DNA of 64,000 bases from IMG/VR virus record IMGVR_UViG_3300021960_000018; one strand, 5' to 3'. Of the stretch, positions 38,250 through 49,055 are shown piece by piece (position 1 is the stretch's first letter; each line of letters opens with the position of its first letter). A program made the position numbers and the translations under genes. The notes under the pieces were generated by a model. It did not search any database. It was given only the letters and a program-made list of their open reading frames with translations, and was not told the DNA's origin. The DNA is from a virus.

Positions 38250-41200
38250 TTATACCGTTAGCGCGATAGCTCTGAAATCCCTAAAGACTGGAACTTTAGA
38301 ACTATTAGTAGAGTTCATAACAATTTTAACTTGGAAGGTCGTAAAGGCATCTAAGAAGCCACCTTCACCACCGATAGTATAGCGATATTCTCTAAAGCGA
38401 TTTGGATTTTCATCAGTCTGTACAGTGTTATCTGCCGTAGCGAGAATCCAGTTAGTATCGTTTAGTGAACCATCACTTGTAATTGTCTTATAGTAGATAT
38501 CAAAGTATGTACCATTTGGTCTGTTAGCAGCAAGAATAATCTTAAGACCAACAGCAGCTTCTTCTAGTGTTACCGGTTTAGTAACATATTTAGCAAGAGA
38601 TGAACCGCCGAATGGATCAGTTTCTGCAATGTAACTAATTGGAACGTTATAGTTTGTGGTAGATGATGAATCAGGTCTATCAATAACGTTATTCATGGCA
38701 GTAATAGAGCATCTAGTTGCTGAGATAACAGGAGAAACCCATGTAGAACCTGAATTCAGAGTGGCTTTAATGTAAGTACTATGAGTAGGATTCCCTCCAA
38801 CACCTTCGAGCTCTTCCGAAGCAACCATGCGAGGTGCATCAAAATTATATTCCTCAAATGGGGCCAGGTCGTGACCGTATGTGCTTTCTAGAGCATAAGG
38901 GGTTTCAGCGCCAGCAAAAGATTTACCGGACATAAACTTGCCTTTATAAGAAACGGTAGTAGTTGGTGGATTTTCAGTTTCCATCGAAAGATAAATCGTA
39001 TCCATAAGCACGTTATCAGCAGTATATACACCATAGCCGCCAGTTCTAGTAGAGGCGGTTGCTGCCGAATCTGCTTCAAATGTAAAGCCAGAACCATCGA
39101 CTTTAGTAATTGTTCTATCACCGACGATAGAATTAATATTAGTTAATGGGTAGTTTGCATCCGAGTCAATGTTATGAAGTTGGATAACGTCGTTAACCAT
39201 TAGACCGTGGTTAGGATCGATAATACGAACAGTAGCATCACCGCTGTCGAATAAGATTGGATTTGGCACTAGAAGTTTAGGATGAAGTTTATCGTTATGG
39301 AAAACTGCAACACCACTTGTAGCAAAGTTAGCACGATAGATATCAAACTTAAGGTCATCCCACTGAGAAGCTTCCCATGTTGAACCGTTCTGAGATTTAA
39401 AGAATGATCCAATTGACGGTTGCTTAGTAATCTTCTTATCAGTTGTACCAAGTACAAAGTCGCCGACATGAGAGATCCAAACGTTATAAGCATCGGTTGC
39501 TGCTCTTAGGATCATAGCATATTCAGTACCACCACCAATTAGATAAACTGGGTTATCGAATTCAAAATATGTTACCGAAGAAGCATTAGAAGAAACGTTA
39601 ACATCCGAAGGAGATAGCTGTTTAAATCCGTTTGCCACAATGGTATCAGATGATGGATATCCGTTGACGACCGGACGGATTTCGCAATCGACTGGGATAT
39701 TATTTAACGTATCTTTTGATTGGAAGTAAACCCCAATTTTGGTAACAAAAGCACCTTCAGGATTATTCACTCTAAATGTTTGTGCGATAGGGTCAAATCT
39801 AAATAGACCGTAAAGACCGCGGCGGCGTTGTCTTATTTGTTGTACTGGATCAGGAATTCTTTCGAAGTTTACTGGATTCGTACCTTCAACCGTATATGTT
39901 GCAAAACATCTTGAAGTAGAATTTTCAGTGTCTTCTGCAGTTATATCAAAGAGACTGAATACCCGAGCGCCCGCGAAGAACTGTAAATTATCGTCGTTAG
40001 GAATAAAGAACGATCCTTCGATTACGCCGTTATCATTTGAAATAAGAGCTGCTTGGTTCGAAGTTGGCTGCGTAGCATCCCAATGTGGGTGCCAATATTG
40101 CCAAGCATATCTTCTGAAAAGTCTTCCGCCAAAAGATGGCCACGTCCACCAATCACCTCTGCGGGCCCATCTCCATACGCCTCTGTCAACCGGACCAAAA
40201 TCAACACCGATCCGGCTGAACTGAACGCAATAGCTATCTACACGAACCCCGTCAAAGAATGGATAGTGTTTAGTATTAGGTAGAAGACCGGAAGCACGGA
40301 ATCTTACTTCACGCGCGCGGATACGAGGAATGAAGAGACGAGTAGCAAAACGACCGAAGGTTTGTTCATTAGTAGAACCAATGCCACCGTTTAGAAGTTT
40401 TTCTTCTGTTTCTCTAGAATCGATACCAGCCCAACCCCAAGCATATTCTCTCCAGGTTGGAGAAATACGGTCAAAGACGCTAGCAAGGATTTGGCCAACT
40501 GAAGGCGGTAAAGTTGTAAGAGCCGCCGCTAAAGAACCCTGCGAGGTAAAGTTATTAGCATTTTGTAGAGAAATATTATTACGAATAAATTCTTCACGTC
40601 CACCAAATTCAGGGTTATTTGAGATGGTATTAAGGACGTTCTGAGTATCCTGTGTACCAAGAACGTTATTAAGGAATGTTTCAATACTGATTTCACTCTG
40701 GCCATTAGTACGAAGCGAGATAGTTTGGGGATCGCGAGATTCGTCTGAGTTAGGTGAAAGAGTAAGAGTACCGTTATAATTAATAACAGTATAGGGATTG
40801 ACGTTATGAATACGCGAAGCTTGGGTTTGCTGAGCCATTAGGGTCTCAGTATAGCTTAGCATAATATTATCGCCCAGTAGAACGGTATTAGAAATAGAAC
40901 CATCTGCGGAATCGAAAACGAGCGGAATGTTCTTTTCTCTATATCCAGGTCTCATAATACCAGCAGTAGGATCGATAGAAGCACGATATTCTAAATCGTC
41001 AACGTTTGCGGCACGATGATCTTTAAAATCATCAGTTAAGAAACCTGCTTTGGTTCTTGAAAGACCGTTAGAGTCTAGAACTTCAAGAGTCGAAGCTGCT
41101 ATATCAAGTAGGCTAAGAGTAGCAAGCTCTTCTACTTTATTAATCTTCTTATGGAGTTTACCGATATCTCTCATTGTATAACGACGGTTGTCGATATAGC

Positions 41201-43541
41201 GAGTAATAAGATCTTTATTATCCAACGTATTAGGATTAAGTGAAATCTGATAAAGCTCTAGTGATCCATCGGGCACTTTGGGATATTTAGCATCGAACGA
41301 TGGAGCGCCTTCGATATATTGGAAGCTGCCGGTTTGTTCGATAGTAAGTTTATCTTTACGTGGTACATAATATGTAGGATCGATAGTAACCAGATCAGTA
41401 TTAGCAGGAAGATCTGCAACAATACCGCCCGTACCACTATAAGCTGCACCAGTATTATCAATGGTGCCACGGAAGTCTAATACGTCACGCAGATCAATTC
41501 TATCACCGTTTCTTTGACGATAGGATGGGATTTCCGCATAAGTGATTTGATTGGCGCCTGAACCAACTGGATAGGAGTTTACTGCAAAGAAGTCTCCAGT
41601 ACCAGAGTGGGCAAAATATTTAAAGCGGACGAAGACGTCAGTACCAGGATCTGATTGGCCCGGCGCAAGAACCATACGACCATGATCATAGAAGTTATCA
41701 CGCTGGCCATTGTCAAGATAGAAGCGAGAAGATACATCAGTACCATCTGAATCTGTTGTACGAACTCTTAAAACTTCCCAGATGTCTGATTTACCAAGAT
41801 CAACATAGGTACCATCAGAATCCGTAATAACATCTGCAGTAACAGTTGTTTCTGTTAGGGTCTTTGTTTTATATGGGACTGGTGATCCTGCACCCTTTTG
41901 AACGATAGCCATAACTTCAAGAGTAACACCATCACCGATACCTGTGGTATTAATAACAGCATTCGGTTCCGAAACCGAAACACTTGAAGGAGTTACGATA
42001 GCACCAGTATCACCTCTTGTAACGATCCATTGACCGGTATTAGCCCAAGCCTCACTTGAACCTGCATTAGAAATTGTGGTCTGGTTTGAACTTACTGTAC
42101 CCGAAGCATAACGAATAACATCATAGGTATGATCGTTGCCGATTGAAGAAGGTCTGGTTTTAGACAAGGCAAAAAATACGTTGTTATTATTCGCCTCTTT
42201 GATTACCGCCACCCCATTCTCAAGTACTAATTGAGCATTACGGACTGAACTTGTACCAATAGATCTTACATCACGGAAATTCTTTCCGGTGTGCATTTTA
42301 AGATCGAAAACATAGAATCTATAATTACCAGCATTTTCTGTAACTGCACGAATGCGAAGAGTACCAATAGTATTACCGCTGGCATATGTAGCATTATCTC
42401 TTAGATTCCATTTTTCATATGTGCCAATATTCGGTAAGCCTTTAATTGAGGTAACATTAATAAAGTTACCATAATTAGCTGGAACAGCTTCATTATTAAA
42501 TGTTTCGGTAGTTGTCGGTTTTGCTACTCTAATTTTTTGAGGGCCTGGCGCAGCTCTATAACCATTGATATATCCAATACCATCAGCAATATTTAATTTA
42601 AGATAAGCATCATCAGAATCAGTTTCAAAGAATGCTGTAAATGGTTTAACTACATAGCTACCAGATTCTTCACGAGTTCTTTCAGCAAGAAGATCTAGAA
42701 TTTTACTATAGTCATCACGACCAGTATTTAATTCTTCTACTATACCATTTACGACATTGCAAACATAAATGAATGTATCAGTCGCAGCAACATCAGCTTG
42801 ATCAATAAGGATTAGTCTGATTCTATATCTGTGTGCACCAGGAGCAGTTAGGTTAGGATTACCTTTAGAGTTATCATAAAGACCAATATCATCTGATTCC
42901 GTGACGATATCTTCAATAACTTTAAATCCTAATACGGCAGAAGCATTTGGAGAATATTTGTTTAAAATAATTTCCTGAGCTTCAGCAAATACAAAGTGAC
43001 CTGCGGCAAAGAAATCGCCTTGGCCAACGCTTGCTTTTGTTCCAACACCAATTGCTGGATTAACAGTAGTATTAGTAGTTTGAACAGTAAATGAATCCGT
43101 ACCGTTATTAATAGTTTCACCGGCTTGAAAGGTAGAATAAGATGAAATACCCGAGCCGTAGATATACTGAACATATAGCGTAGCGGGATCAGAATCTACT
43201 GCAGATACAGTTTTAAGAACCTTAGCTTTAACGCCGGATGTGCCTTCAAAGACTGTACCAACTAAAGATTCAGAATCAAGTGTGGTTTCATCTTGTAATT
43301 TAACGAATGAGTAATTATTATCAATAAGGACGTTATGAACAGGGTTAACCGCTCCGCCATCTTTAAAGATATTATTACCAAATCTTTCCATTTCCCTTTG
43401 GATGATGGTCTGCATTTGAGTAAGTTCACGTGGTTGAACTGCTCTACCACCATTAAAAAGGATACGGTGATAATGATCACTATCCCTAAAATCATCCCTA
43501 TAGGTATTCGCAAACGTATTTTGGATAAGTGTAGTTGCCAT
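38250..43541 (-). CDS. VrlC/DUF4815-like large virion protein
   Basis: YRDDF...RILF..GRAVQPRELTQMQT, APGAHR, LAERTREESGSY, RRYTMRDIGKL, DPIAQTF, GSFFKSQNGSTW, FRDFRAIAL. Confidence 0.88.
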   Translation of the reverse strand: MATTLIQNTFANTYRDDFRDSDHYHRILFNGGRAVQPRELTQMQTIIQREMERFGNNIFKDGGAVNPVHNVLIDNNYSFVKLQDETTLDSESLVGTVFEGTSGVKAKVLKTVSAVDSDPATLYVQYIYGSGISSYSTFQAGETINNGTDSFTVQTTNTTVNPAIGVGTKASVGQGDFFAAGHFVFAEAQEIILNKYSPNASAVLGFKVIEDIVTESDDIGLYDNSKGNPNLTAPGAHRYRIRLILIDQADVAATDTFIYVCNVVNGIVEELNTGRDDYSKILDLLAERTREESGSYVVKPFTAFFETDSDDAYLKLNIADGIGYINGYRAAPGPQKIRVAKPTTTETFNNEAVPANYGNFINVTSIKGLPNIGTYEKWNLRDNATYASGNTIGTLRIRAVTENAGNYRFYVFDLKMHTGKNFRDVRSIGTSSVRNAQLVLENGVAVIKEANNNNVFFALSKTRPSSIGNDHTYDVIRYASGTVSSNQTTISNAGSSEAWANTGQWIVTRGDTGAIVTPSSVSVSEPNAVINTTGIGDGVTLEVMAIVQKGAGSPVPYKTKTLTETTVTADVITDSDGTYVDLGKSDIWEVLRVRTTDSDGTDVSSRFYLDNGQRDNFYDHGRMVLAPGQSDPGTDVFVRFKYFAHSGTGDFFAVNSYPVGSGANQITYAEIPSYRQRNGDRIDLRDVLDFRGTIDNTGAAYSGTGGIVADLPANTDLVTIDPTYYVPRKDKLTIEQTGSFQYIEGAPSFDAKYPKVPDGSLELYQISLNPNTLDNKDLITRYIDNRRYTMRDIGKLHKKINKVEELATLSLLDIAASTLEVLDSNGLSRTKAGFLTDDFKDHRAANVDDLEYRASIDPTAGIMRPGYREKNIPLVFDSADGSISNTVLLGDNIMLSYTETLMAQQTQASRIHNVNPYTVINYNGTLTLSPNSDESRDPQTISLRTNGQSEISIETFLNNVLGTQDTQNVLNTISNNPEFGGREEFIRNNISLQNANNFTSQGSLAAALTTLPPSVGQILASVFDRISPTWREYAWGWAGIDSRETEEKLLNGGIGSTNEQTFGRFATRLFIPRIRAREVRFRASGLLPNTKHYPFFDGVRVDSYCVQFSRIGVDFGPVDRGVWRWARRGDWWTWPSFGGRLFRRYAWQYWHPHWDATQPTSNQAALISNDNGVIEGSFFIPNDDNLQFFAGARVFSLFDITAEDTENSTSRCFATYTVEGTNPVNFERIPDPVQQIRQRRRGLYGLFRFDPIAQTFRVNNPEGAFVTKIGVYFQSKDTLNNIPVDCEIRPVVNGYPSSDTIVANGFKQLSPSDVNVSSNASSVTYFEFDNPVYLIGGGTEYAMILRAATDAYNVWISHVGDFVLGTTDKKITKQPSIGSFFKSQNGSTWEASQWDDLKFDIYRANFATSGVAVFHNDKLHPKLLVPNPILFDSGDATVRIIDPNHGLMVNDVIQLHNIDSDANYPLTNINSIVGDRTITKVDGSGFTFEADSAATASTRTGGYGVYTADNVLMDTIYLSMETENPPTTTVSYKGKFMSGKSFAGAETPYALESTYGHDLAPFEEYNFDAPRMVASEELEGVGGNPTHSTYIKATLNSGSTWVSPVISATRCSITAMNNVIDRPDSSSTTNYNVPISYIAETDPFGGSSLAKYVTKPVTLEEAAVGLKIILAANRPNGTYFDIYYKTITSDGSLNDTNWILATADNTVQTDENPNRFREYRYTIGGEGGFLDAFTTFQVKIVMNSTNSSKVPVFRDFRAIALTV

Positions 43542-43553
43542 ATTTCTTTAACC

Positions 43554-44894
43554 TTAAAGTTGGATGATCACTTTTAAATCTTCGGTTTGAACTAACGATC
43601 TAGTAATCGCTGCTCTATTTTCTAGATATAGAATTTCACCAGAGAATGGATTAACGTCTGAACTATCTATGACTGATCTAACAGTACCAGCGCCGCCGTT
43701 ATCAGATGTAATTGCTCCAGTAATATCTGAAATGAAAGATCCATATCCTGTTGTATCTGTTTGATGGTAATATAGAGTATCAGAATCGACCCAATCTAAA
43801 ACAGCCGATGAGCCACTAGTGCCGCCAGTAATAATATCGTCATTTGCAAAAGTGCTAGCATCGCCAGTTAATGTAAGACGGATAGTTTTAAGCGCAAGGC
43901 CGCTAGTTCCAGTATAGAAATCACTATCATTAGCATACGTAGTTGGATTTTTTAGAATAGCAATTTGACGATAATCATTTAGAATAAAGTCGCCATTTTC
44001 AAGACCATCTGGTTTAGAGTTTAACATGACCGCTTTAGCACGGAAATCGATAATAGGATTATCACCTATGCCTTGTTTATTAGCAGCAATGACTGCCCTT
44101 GCTGACGCACCGGATCCACCCCCGCCCGTGAAGCTAATAGAAGCAAATTGATATCCAGAACCACGATTGCTCATTTCAAGTTTTGTAACTTGGCCACCAG
44201 ATACAAATGCGGTAGCAGCTGCCGATGAACCATTGCCATCAATAGTCACTGTTGGTGCAGAAGTATATCCACTACCACCATTAACTACTTTAATCTGTGT
44301 AATTTGTCCACCAACCGCCGCATTTTGAACGGCCCACTGAAGACCGTCAGTAGTTGGGTTTGCAACGGCAAGATCCGAATCAACTTGTTGAACCGGCATA
44401 TAGTTTGAAGAAAGGAATTTTTGTGCAGATGCTGTTGGCACCGAATACATATATTTCCAAACGTAACCGTCACCGGTAGAAAGTAATGAGGTAGAAGTAC
44501 CAGTAGGTTTAACGGATGATTGCTTTGTTGTACCATCTGTATTTAAACCACGTTGAATACAAAGATAAACGTTTTGTTCATCAGTAATTACGAAATAGGG
44601 TTGTGTTGGGTGGCCGATTACTTTATCATCATAAGCCGAATATACCGAACCAGCTGTCCAGTTATTACGGGGAACCACGTATGAAGCATCTTCTGCAGAT
44701 TTAACAGATTGCATTGAAAGACGGAAATTTCTTTCATCATGTTCATGATTTTCTGGGGTAGTGGCTACGTCAGAGTCATTCCACTGTTCCGATCTCCCGA
44801 TCGCGATATAATACGTGTCCGAGTCAGAGCCAATAGAATATAAAACTCTGTCTAGGATTTGTCTCTTAAGTGGATCTGTAAGAGTTGCTGTCAT
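43554..44894 (-). CDS. gp8: baseplate wedge subunit
   Basis: YIAIGR, VVPRNNW, VYLCI, DGYVWKYMY, YRQIAI, SGEILYLENR, QTEDLKVI. Confidence 0.88.
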   Translation of the reverse strand: MTATLTDPLKRQILDRVLYSIGSDSDTYYIAIGRSEQWNDSDVATTPENHEHDERNFRLSMQSVKSAEDASYVVPRNNWTAGSVYSAYDDKVIGHPTQPYFVITDEQNVYLCIQRGLNTDGTTKQSSVKPTGTSTSLLSTGDGYVWKYMYSVPTASAQKFLSSNYMPVQQVDSDLAVANPTTDGLQWAVQNAAVGGQITQIKVVNGGSGYTSAPTVTIDGNGSSAAATAFVSGGQVTKLEMSNRGSGYQFASISFTGGGGSGASARAVIAANKQGIGDNPIIDFRAKAVMLNSKPDGLENGDFILNDYRQIAILKNPTTYANDSDFYTGTSGLALKTIRLTLTGDASTFANDDIITGGTSGSSAVLDWVDSDTLYYHQTDTTGYGSFISDITGAITSDNGGAGTVRSVIDSSDVNPFSGEILYLENRAAITRSLVQTEDLKVIIQL

Positions 44895-44906
44895 TGTTAA
44901 TTCCTA

Positions 44907-45689
44907 TTAGCTTACGGTAACGCCGGATGGAGCGGCAGTAATGTACCAATTAGTACCATCCCATATGATTGATGTTGCAGCATATTGTGCGATAGCAATT
45001 GAAGTGCCTGCAGCAAAATTAGCAGGGGTTACAGTTGCTGTACCTGCACCCTTGTTTGAAATATATTTAATCTCTCCAACTACAGTACCATCTGCAACTG
45101 ACACCGCTAATGCAGTAGCTTTATTACAGATAATATAACTTGCAGTATCTGAAGCAGCGCCATCACCAGTAATAGTAGAAGAAGTAAATGCAGCCTTTTG
45201 AATCTCAACGGAACCAGTGCCCTTTGGTACAAGTTGCATCGAAATGTTAGTACCGCCGCCGGTGGCAGAGATCTTAGGTTTACCGCCAGATGCGGCATTC
45301 GCAATAGTAAATTCGTTGATTGCGCTTGCTGTCGTAGTAAACTTAATCAATTCATTATTATTAGTATCATTAATTGCTGGAGACTGAATTGTTTTATTTG
45401 TAAGAGTCTGAGTAGCAGTATTTAATGTAATAGTACCAGCGGCATCTGGTAGTGTGATAGCTCTATTTGCAGAAGGATCTGTAGCACCAAGAGAAGTACT
45501 ATAAGACGTACCGGCAAAAACAACATTATCACTATCTAAAGTCACGTTAACAGAAAGGTTATCATTGCTGATACCAAACGCATTATAAATTTCGATAAAG
45601 TTGTTATTGATCTTAGTAGCGGCGGCGCGGAGGGTATCTCCAGTGCCATCGTTAGCCGATCCGCCGGTATAAATGTTTTCTCTAGTCAT
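44907..45689 (-). CDS. gp9: baseplate-tail fibre connector, gp9/gp10-like N-terminus
   Basis: GGSANDGTGDTLRAAATKINNNFIEIY. Confidence 0.65.
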   Translation of the reverse strand: MTRENIYTGGSANDGTGDTLRAAATKINNNFIEIYNAFGISNDNLSVNVTLDSDNVVFAGTSYSTSLGATDPSANRAITLPDAAGTITLNTATQTLTNKTIQSPAINDTNNNELIKFTTTASAINEFTIANAASGGKPKISATGGGTNISMQLVPKGTGSVEIQKAAFTSSTITGDGAASDTASYIICNKATALAVSVADGTVVGEIKYISNKGAGTATVTPANFAAGTSIAIAQYAATSIIWDGTNWYITAAPSGVTVS

Positions 45690-45719
45690 TTTTTGCCCAA
45701 TGTTAAAGATCTTTGATTT

Positions 45720-45727
45720 TATTTATG
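45720..45727 (-). promoter_or_regulatory. late promoter variant CATAAATA
   Basis: Intergenic, 31 bp upstream of the gp9-like start. Confidence 0.6.
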
Positions 45728-45743
45728 TACTTTTTATAACGAA

Positions 45744-46691
45744 TTACCACGTAGAATCGTAATTATCCATATCCATAGTTTCAAATGCCGCATCAAACTG
45801 AACACCTCCGGAAGTCGATGAATCATCAAATGTAAATCTCACCAATTGTGATGAATGGAATATATCATCATATGCCGAATTTATAAAACTAATCGTGAAA
45901 TCCGCAAAATAAGATATAGTTCTATGAATGCTTGTAATAAATGTTGTTCCACCCGAATCCGTTAGGAAAGTAATCTCTGGATATGGGGTTCCAAAATCCA
46001 TAGTGGCAGGAAGTTCGAATTGAATAGTTGTTTCTACTTCGTTAATAACAGAAGCTGCTGAAAACGGAGAGATAGCGACTCCTTGGGTGCCAATTTCTGA
46101 TGAAAGATACCAACCAGCTGGATGAACAAATCGTTTATATAATTCTGCCCATTTATCTAAACTTTGACCAGACTTAATTAAAATAGACAAGATCTGGAAT
46201 TTTGCGCCGTCCTGCATATAACGAAGGCCTTCAGGACCAATAATAGCCTCGCCTAATCTATCACTGTCACCACTAAAGGTATAAAGGATATTATCCTTTG
46301 GGAACGTAATCTCTGGTTCTTCATTAAAGAAAAGTCCGAAGAATAATTGGGAAGAAAAGGTGTTACCCTTATTCTGAATAATAAAAGAAATAACTTTAGC
46401 AGCAAATCGAGGATCACTAAAATAATCTTTTGCTGCACCATTACCGATCTCAAAGAAAAGTCTATCCATATACTGTAGACTAATTTCGTCAATATCACGT
46501 AAAGATACTAGACCGTATTCAAGAGTATCCGTAAGTTCCCCTTCCTGGTCCATCGCCTCATAATATTCATCTAGAAAGGCAATTAGATTCGGGTATGACT
46601 CACCAAAATATTCCGGAAGAACTTCCGTGATTTTAGATTTTCTTAGGTTAGGAAACCTACGATTTTTCTCAATTAAAGTTCTAGAAGACAT
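45744..46691 (-). CDS. gp7: baseplate wedge subunit, short gp7-like
   Basis: LPEYF..YPNLIAFLDEYY, KG...FF.LFFNE, YKRFVHPAGW; lies between gp6 and gp9/gp8. Confidence 0.62.
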   Translation of the reverse strand: MSSRTLIEKNRRFPNLRKSKITEVLPEYFGESYPNLIAFLDEYYEAMDQEGELTDTLEYGLVSLRDIDEISLQYMDRLFFEIGNGAAKDYFSDPRFAAKVISFIIQNKGNTFSSQLFFGLFFNEEPEITFPKDNILYTFSGDSDRLGEAIIGPEGLRYMQDGAKFQILSILIKSGQSLDKWAELYKRFVHPAGWYLSSEIGTQGVAISPFSAASVINEVETTIQFELPATMDFGTPYPEITFLTDSGGTTFITSIHRTISYFADFTISFINSAYDDIFHSSQLVRFTFDDSSTSGGVQFDAAFETMDMDNYDSTW

Positions 46692-48526
46692 TATAGACTT
46701 ACTCTAACGGTTTGATAATCAATATTACCTTTAACTGTAGATTCTTCGTCTAAAGAAAGAATATAGTTTCTTAAAGGTTTAATGGTAGCTGGATTGGCAG
46801 GAGTGGCTTGGATTTTAATATAACTAATACCACCAATAATGCTTTCAGGATTAAAGCTTGTTAATTCTACGACACCTGTACCTGGATAATAAGTACCAAT
46901 ATTATTTAAAAGAACTTCACCGCCCGCAGTTGTTACCTGTAAATTATATCCAGATAAAGCGTTTTGGATAATACATACCTGGTTATTATAAATGAATCTT
47001 GAAGATGTAATGATTCTGTTTACGTCATCAGTACCAGCAATTGTAGTTGGGAAATTAATGGTATAATTTCTATTCGTGTATAATTTAGGTGTAAATCTCT
47101 GAACCATTCTAACATCTATTTTAGAGGATAGAACAGCAGGACTAATATCATCAATAATAGTTAAAAGATTGGATCTTCTAAACTCTTTCTTAAATGCGTC
47201 TAGATTACTTCCGAAATAAGAGTTAATTGTCGAAGTAACATTTTGCTGCATAGTTTGTAGAGTAACACCCGAAAGTGTAGGATTAAAATCAAAAGTAGTA
47301 TTAAGTTTTAGATAAGTTGTTTCAGGATCCACAAATTTGGGACGAATAGAAAGAACAGCCAAAGGTGTTACAAGATTAGAAGCGATATCGTTTTTAGTGG
47401 TCGTAATAGTAGATGCATCGGTGCCAGAAGGAAATTTAAGAGAAATATAAACTACACCGTAATCAACTGGAATATTGTCTTGTCCACCCCACGAGGTAAC
47501 ATCCTGTACTACTGGATAATTACTACGGATTAAAGTATCATAATCTGTTGCTGTAACCATTCTATGCTGAGTAGCATAAGTTAAAGGTGCATTATTTCTA
47601 ATTTCGGCTAATGTTTCTTTTTCGGCGCCACCTGCAGATCTTGTTGTAGTTGTAGCGGTTAAGGGGAAAGTCTGACCACTAACTGTAATACCCGAGGAAG
47701 GTGTGAAAACTTTACCATTATTTGCATCCGCACCTGAACTAGAAAGATATGTTACAGTAACTTTATATCCAGGTTGGGGTTTGTTACCAAAGTTATCTCC
47801 TACGCCAAATTGAAGTTCATAATATCCATTTGGGGATTCTTTTAAAAGAAAATAACGGGAATCATTATTAATAGCAACAGCGTCTTTAATATTAGTATAG
47901 GTTTCATAACTTGTAGTAGAAGTATTAGGATAAACCCTTACATCAACAGTCGAAGTATCTAAACCCAGATCTGGGATAACATATATTTGATCGTCTGCGG
48001 TATCTGGTACAAAGAACGTTTTGGTTTTCTCAGTTCCTTCGTAAATGTAAAAATTCTGAGATCCTTCTGCTGTGGTAAATCTATAAATCCCATTACCATC
48101 ATCTTCAGCTGAGAGAGTTTCTCTTGTTCTAAACGTATATGTTGTTCCATCAATATTAGATGTAAATGTTTTACCAGTAGCTATAGTAAGAGCAACGGGT
48201 CTAGAACCAACAAAGGATGAAAGATTCGTTGATAGTTTAATATAACCCTTCGCGGACGTACGCGAGCGGGGGAAGTACCCGAGCGAGTGCGCGTGAGTGA
48301 TTAAGCTCGATCTGAGCTGTGCCGTTTCAAGGAAAGATTCGTTAATCGCCAGGTTAGCAACCAACGAGTTAAAATGTGTGTTATATGCTAATACGTCAAG
48401 GATATTTGAAAGACCTGCGCCTTCAAAATCGTAATCCGCAAACTGATCAGATGCCGCAAAGAAATCTTTTAATTTATTTCTAATAGCGTTAAAATCTAGA
48501 TCTGTTGATTGAACTGTAGTAACCAT
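46691..48526 (-). CDS. gp6: baseplate wedge subunit
   Basis: LDFNAI..LK, DYDFEGAGLSNILDVLAYNTH, NESFLETAQLRSS, QHRMVTATDY, WGGQDN. Confidence 0.93.
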   Translation of the reverse strand: MVTTVQSTDLDFNAIRNKLKDFFAASDQFADYDFEGAGLSNILDVLAYNTHFNSLVANLAINESFLETAQLRSSLITHAHSLGYFPRSRTSAKGYIKLSTNLSSFVGSRPVALTIATGKTFTSNIDGTTYTFRTRETLSAEDDGNGIYRFTTAEGSQNFYIYEGTEKTKTFFVPDTADDQIYVIPDLGLDTSTVDVRVYPNTSTTSYETYTNIKDAVAINNDSRYFLLKESPNGYYELQFGVGDNFGNKPQPGYKVTVTYLSSSGADANNGKVFTPSSGITVSGQTFPLTATTTTRSAGGAEKETLAEIRNNAPLTYATQHRMVTATDYDTLIRSNYPVVQDVTSWGGQDNIPVDYGVVYISLKFPSGTDASTITTTKNDIASNLVTPLAVLSIRPKFVDPETTYLKLNTTFDFNPTLSGVTLQTMQQNVTSTINSYFGSNLDAFKKEFRRSNLLTIIDDISPAVLSSKIDVRMVQRFTPKLYTNRNYTINFPTTIAGTDDVNRIITSSRFIYNNQVCIIQNALSGYNLQVTTAGGEVLLNNIGTYYPGTGVVELTSFNPESIIGGISYIKIQATPANPATIKPLRNYILSLDEESTVKGNIDYQTVRVSL

Positions 48527-48527
48527 A

Positions 48528-48968
48528 TTATCTTAACCTTGCCAGTGTGACGTTTAGTGTAACCAACTCCTCGACGTTGACTACATAGAACTCGACAGTT
48601 ACATACAATGCATTTTGTTCTTCGAGTTTTTTGACTTTTACGCTTTCTAATTTTGCACGAGGTTCGAAAGCTTCTATAGCTAATTCTATATCTAAAGCAA
48701 TTCTAGATTCAGTAGTAGATGAAAAAAGTTCAAATAGTTGATTCCCAACAGATGTACCAAAAAGTGGATTAAAAGGTTTTTCTTGGTAATTTGTTAGAAT
48801 GATATTTTTCACTGATTGCTTAACAGCTGCAGCATCTTTTTTCTTGTACACATCACCAACGTTATTGATACCAAATAGTAGATCGATGTCACTATACGAT
48901 TTAGTACCACGTGCGCTAATGATACTATTCGATAGGTTACCGTCTTCTACTGAAAAGGCTCTTGCCAT
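48528..48968 (-). CDS. gp25: baseplate wedge/sheath initiator
   Basis: YSDIDL, AVKQSVKNIILT..EKPFNPLFG, FEPR. Confidence 0.92.
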   Translation of the reverse strand: MARAFSVEDGNLSNSIISARGTKSYSDIDLLFGINNVGDVYKKKDAAAVKQSVKNIILTNYQEKPFNPLFGTSVGNQLFELFSSTTESRIALDIELAIEAFEPRAKLESVKVKKLEEQNALYVTVEFYVVNVEELVTLNVTLARLR

Positions 48969-48999
48969 GTATTCTATCCTGCCCTAAAAGGTCTTTTAT

Positions 49000-49028
49000 A
49001 TTATACCGGAAATTTACGATTTGTAAAC
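49000..49028 (-). promoter_or_regulatory. T4 early-type promoter GTTTAC-17-TATAAT (late-type CATAAATA also at 49041-49048)
   Basis: Minus strand GTTTAC (49028-49023), 17 bp, TATAAT (49005-49000). Confidence 0.6.
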
Positions 49029-49055
49029 CCCCATTTTTATTATTTATGTGTTATA

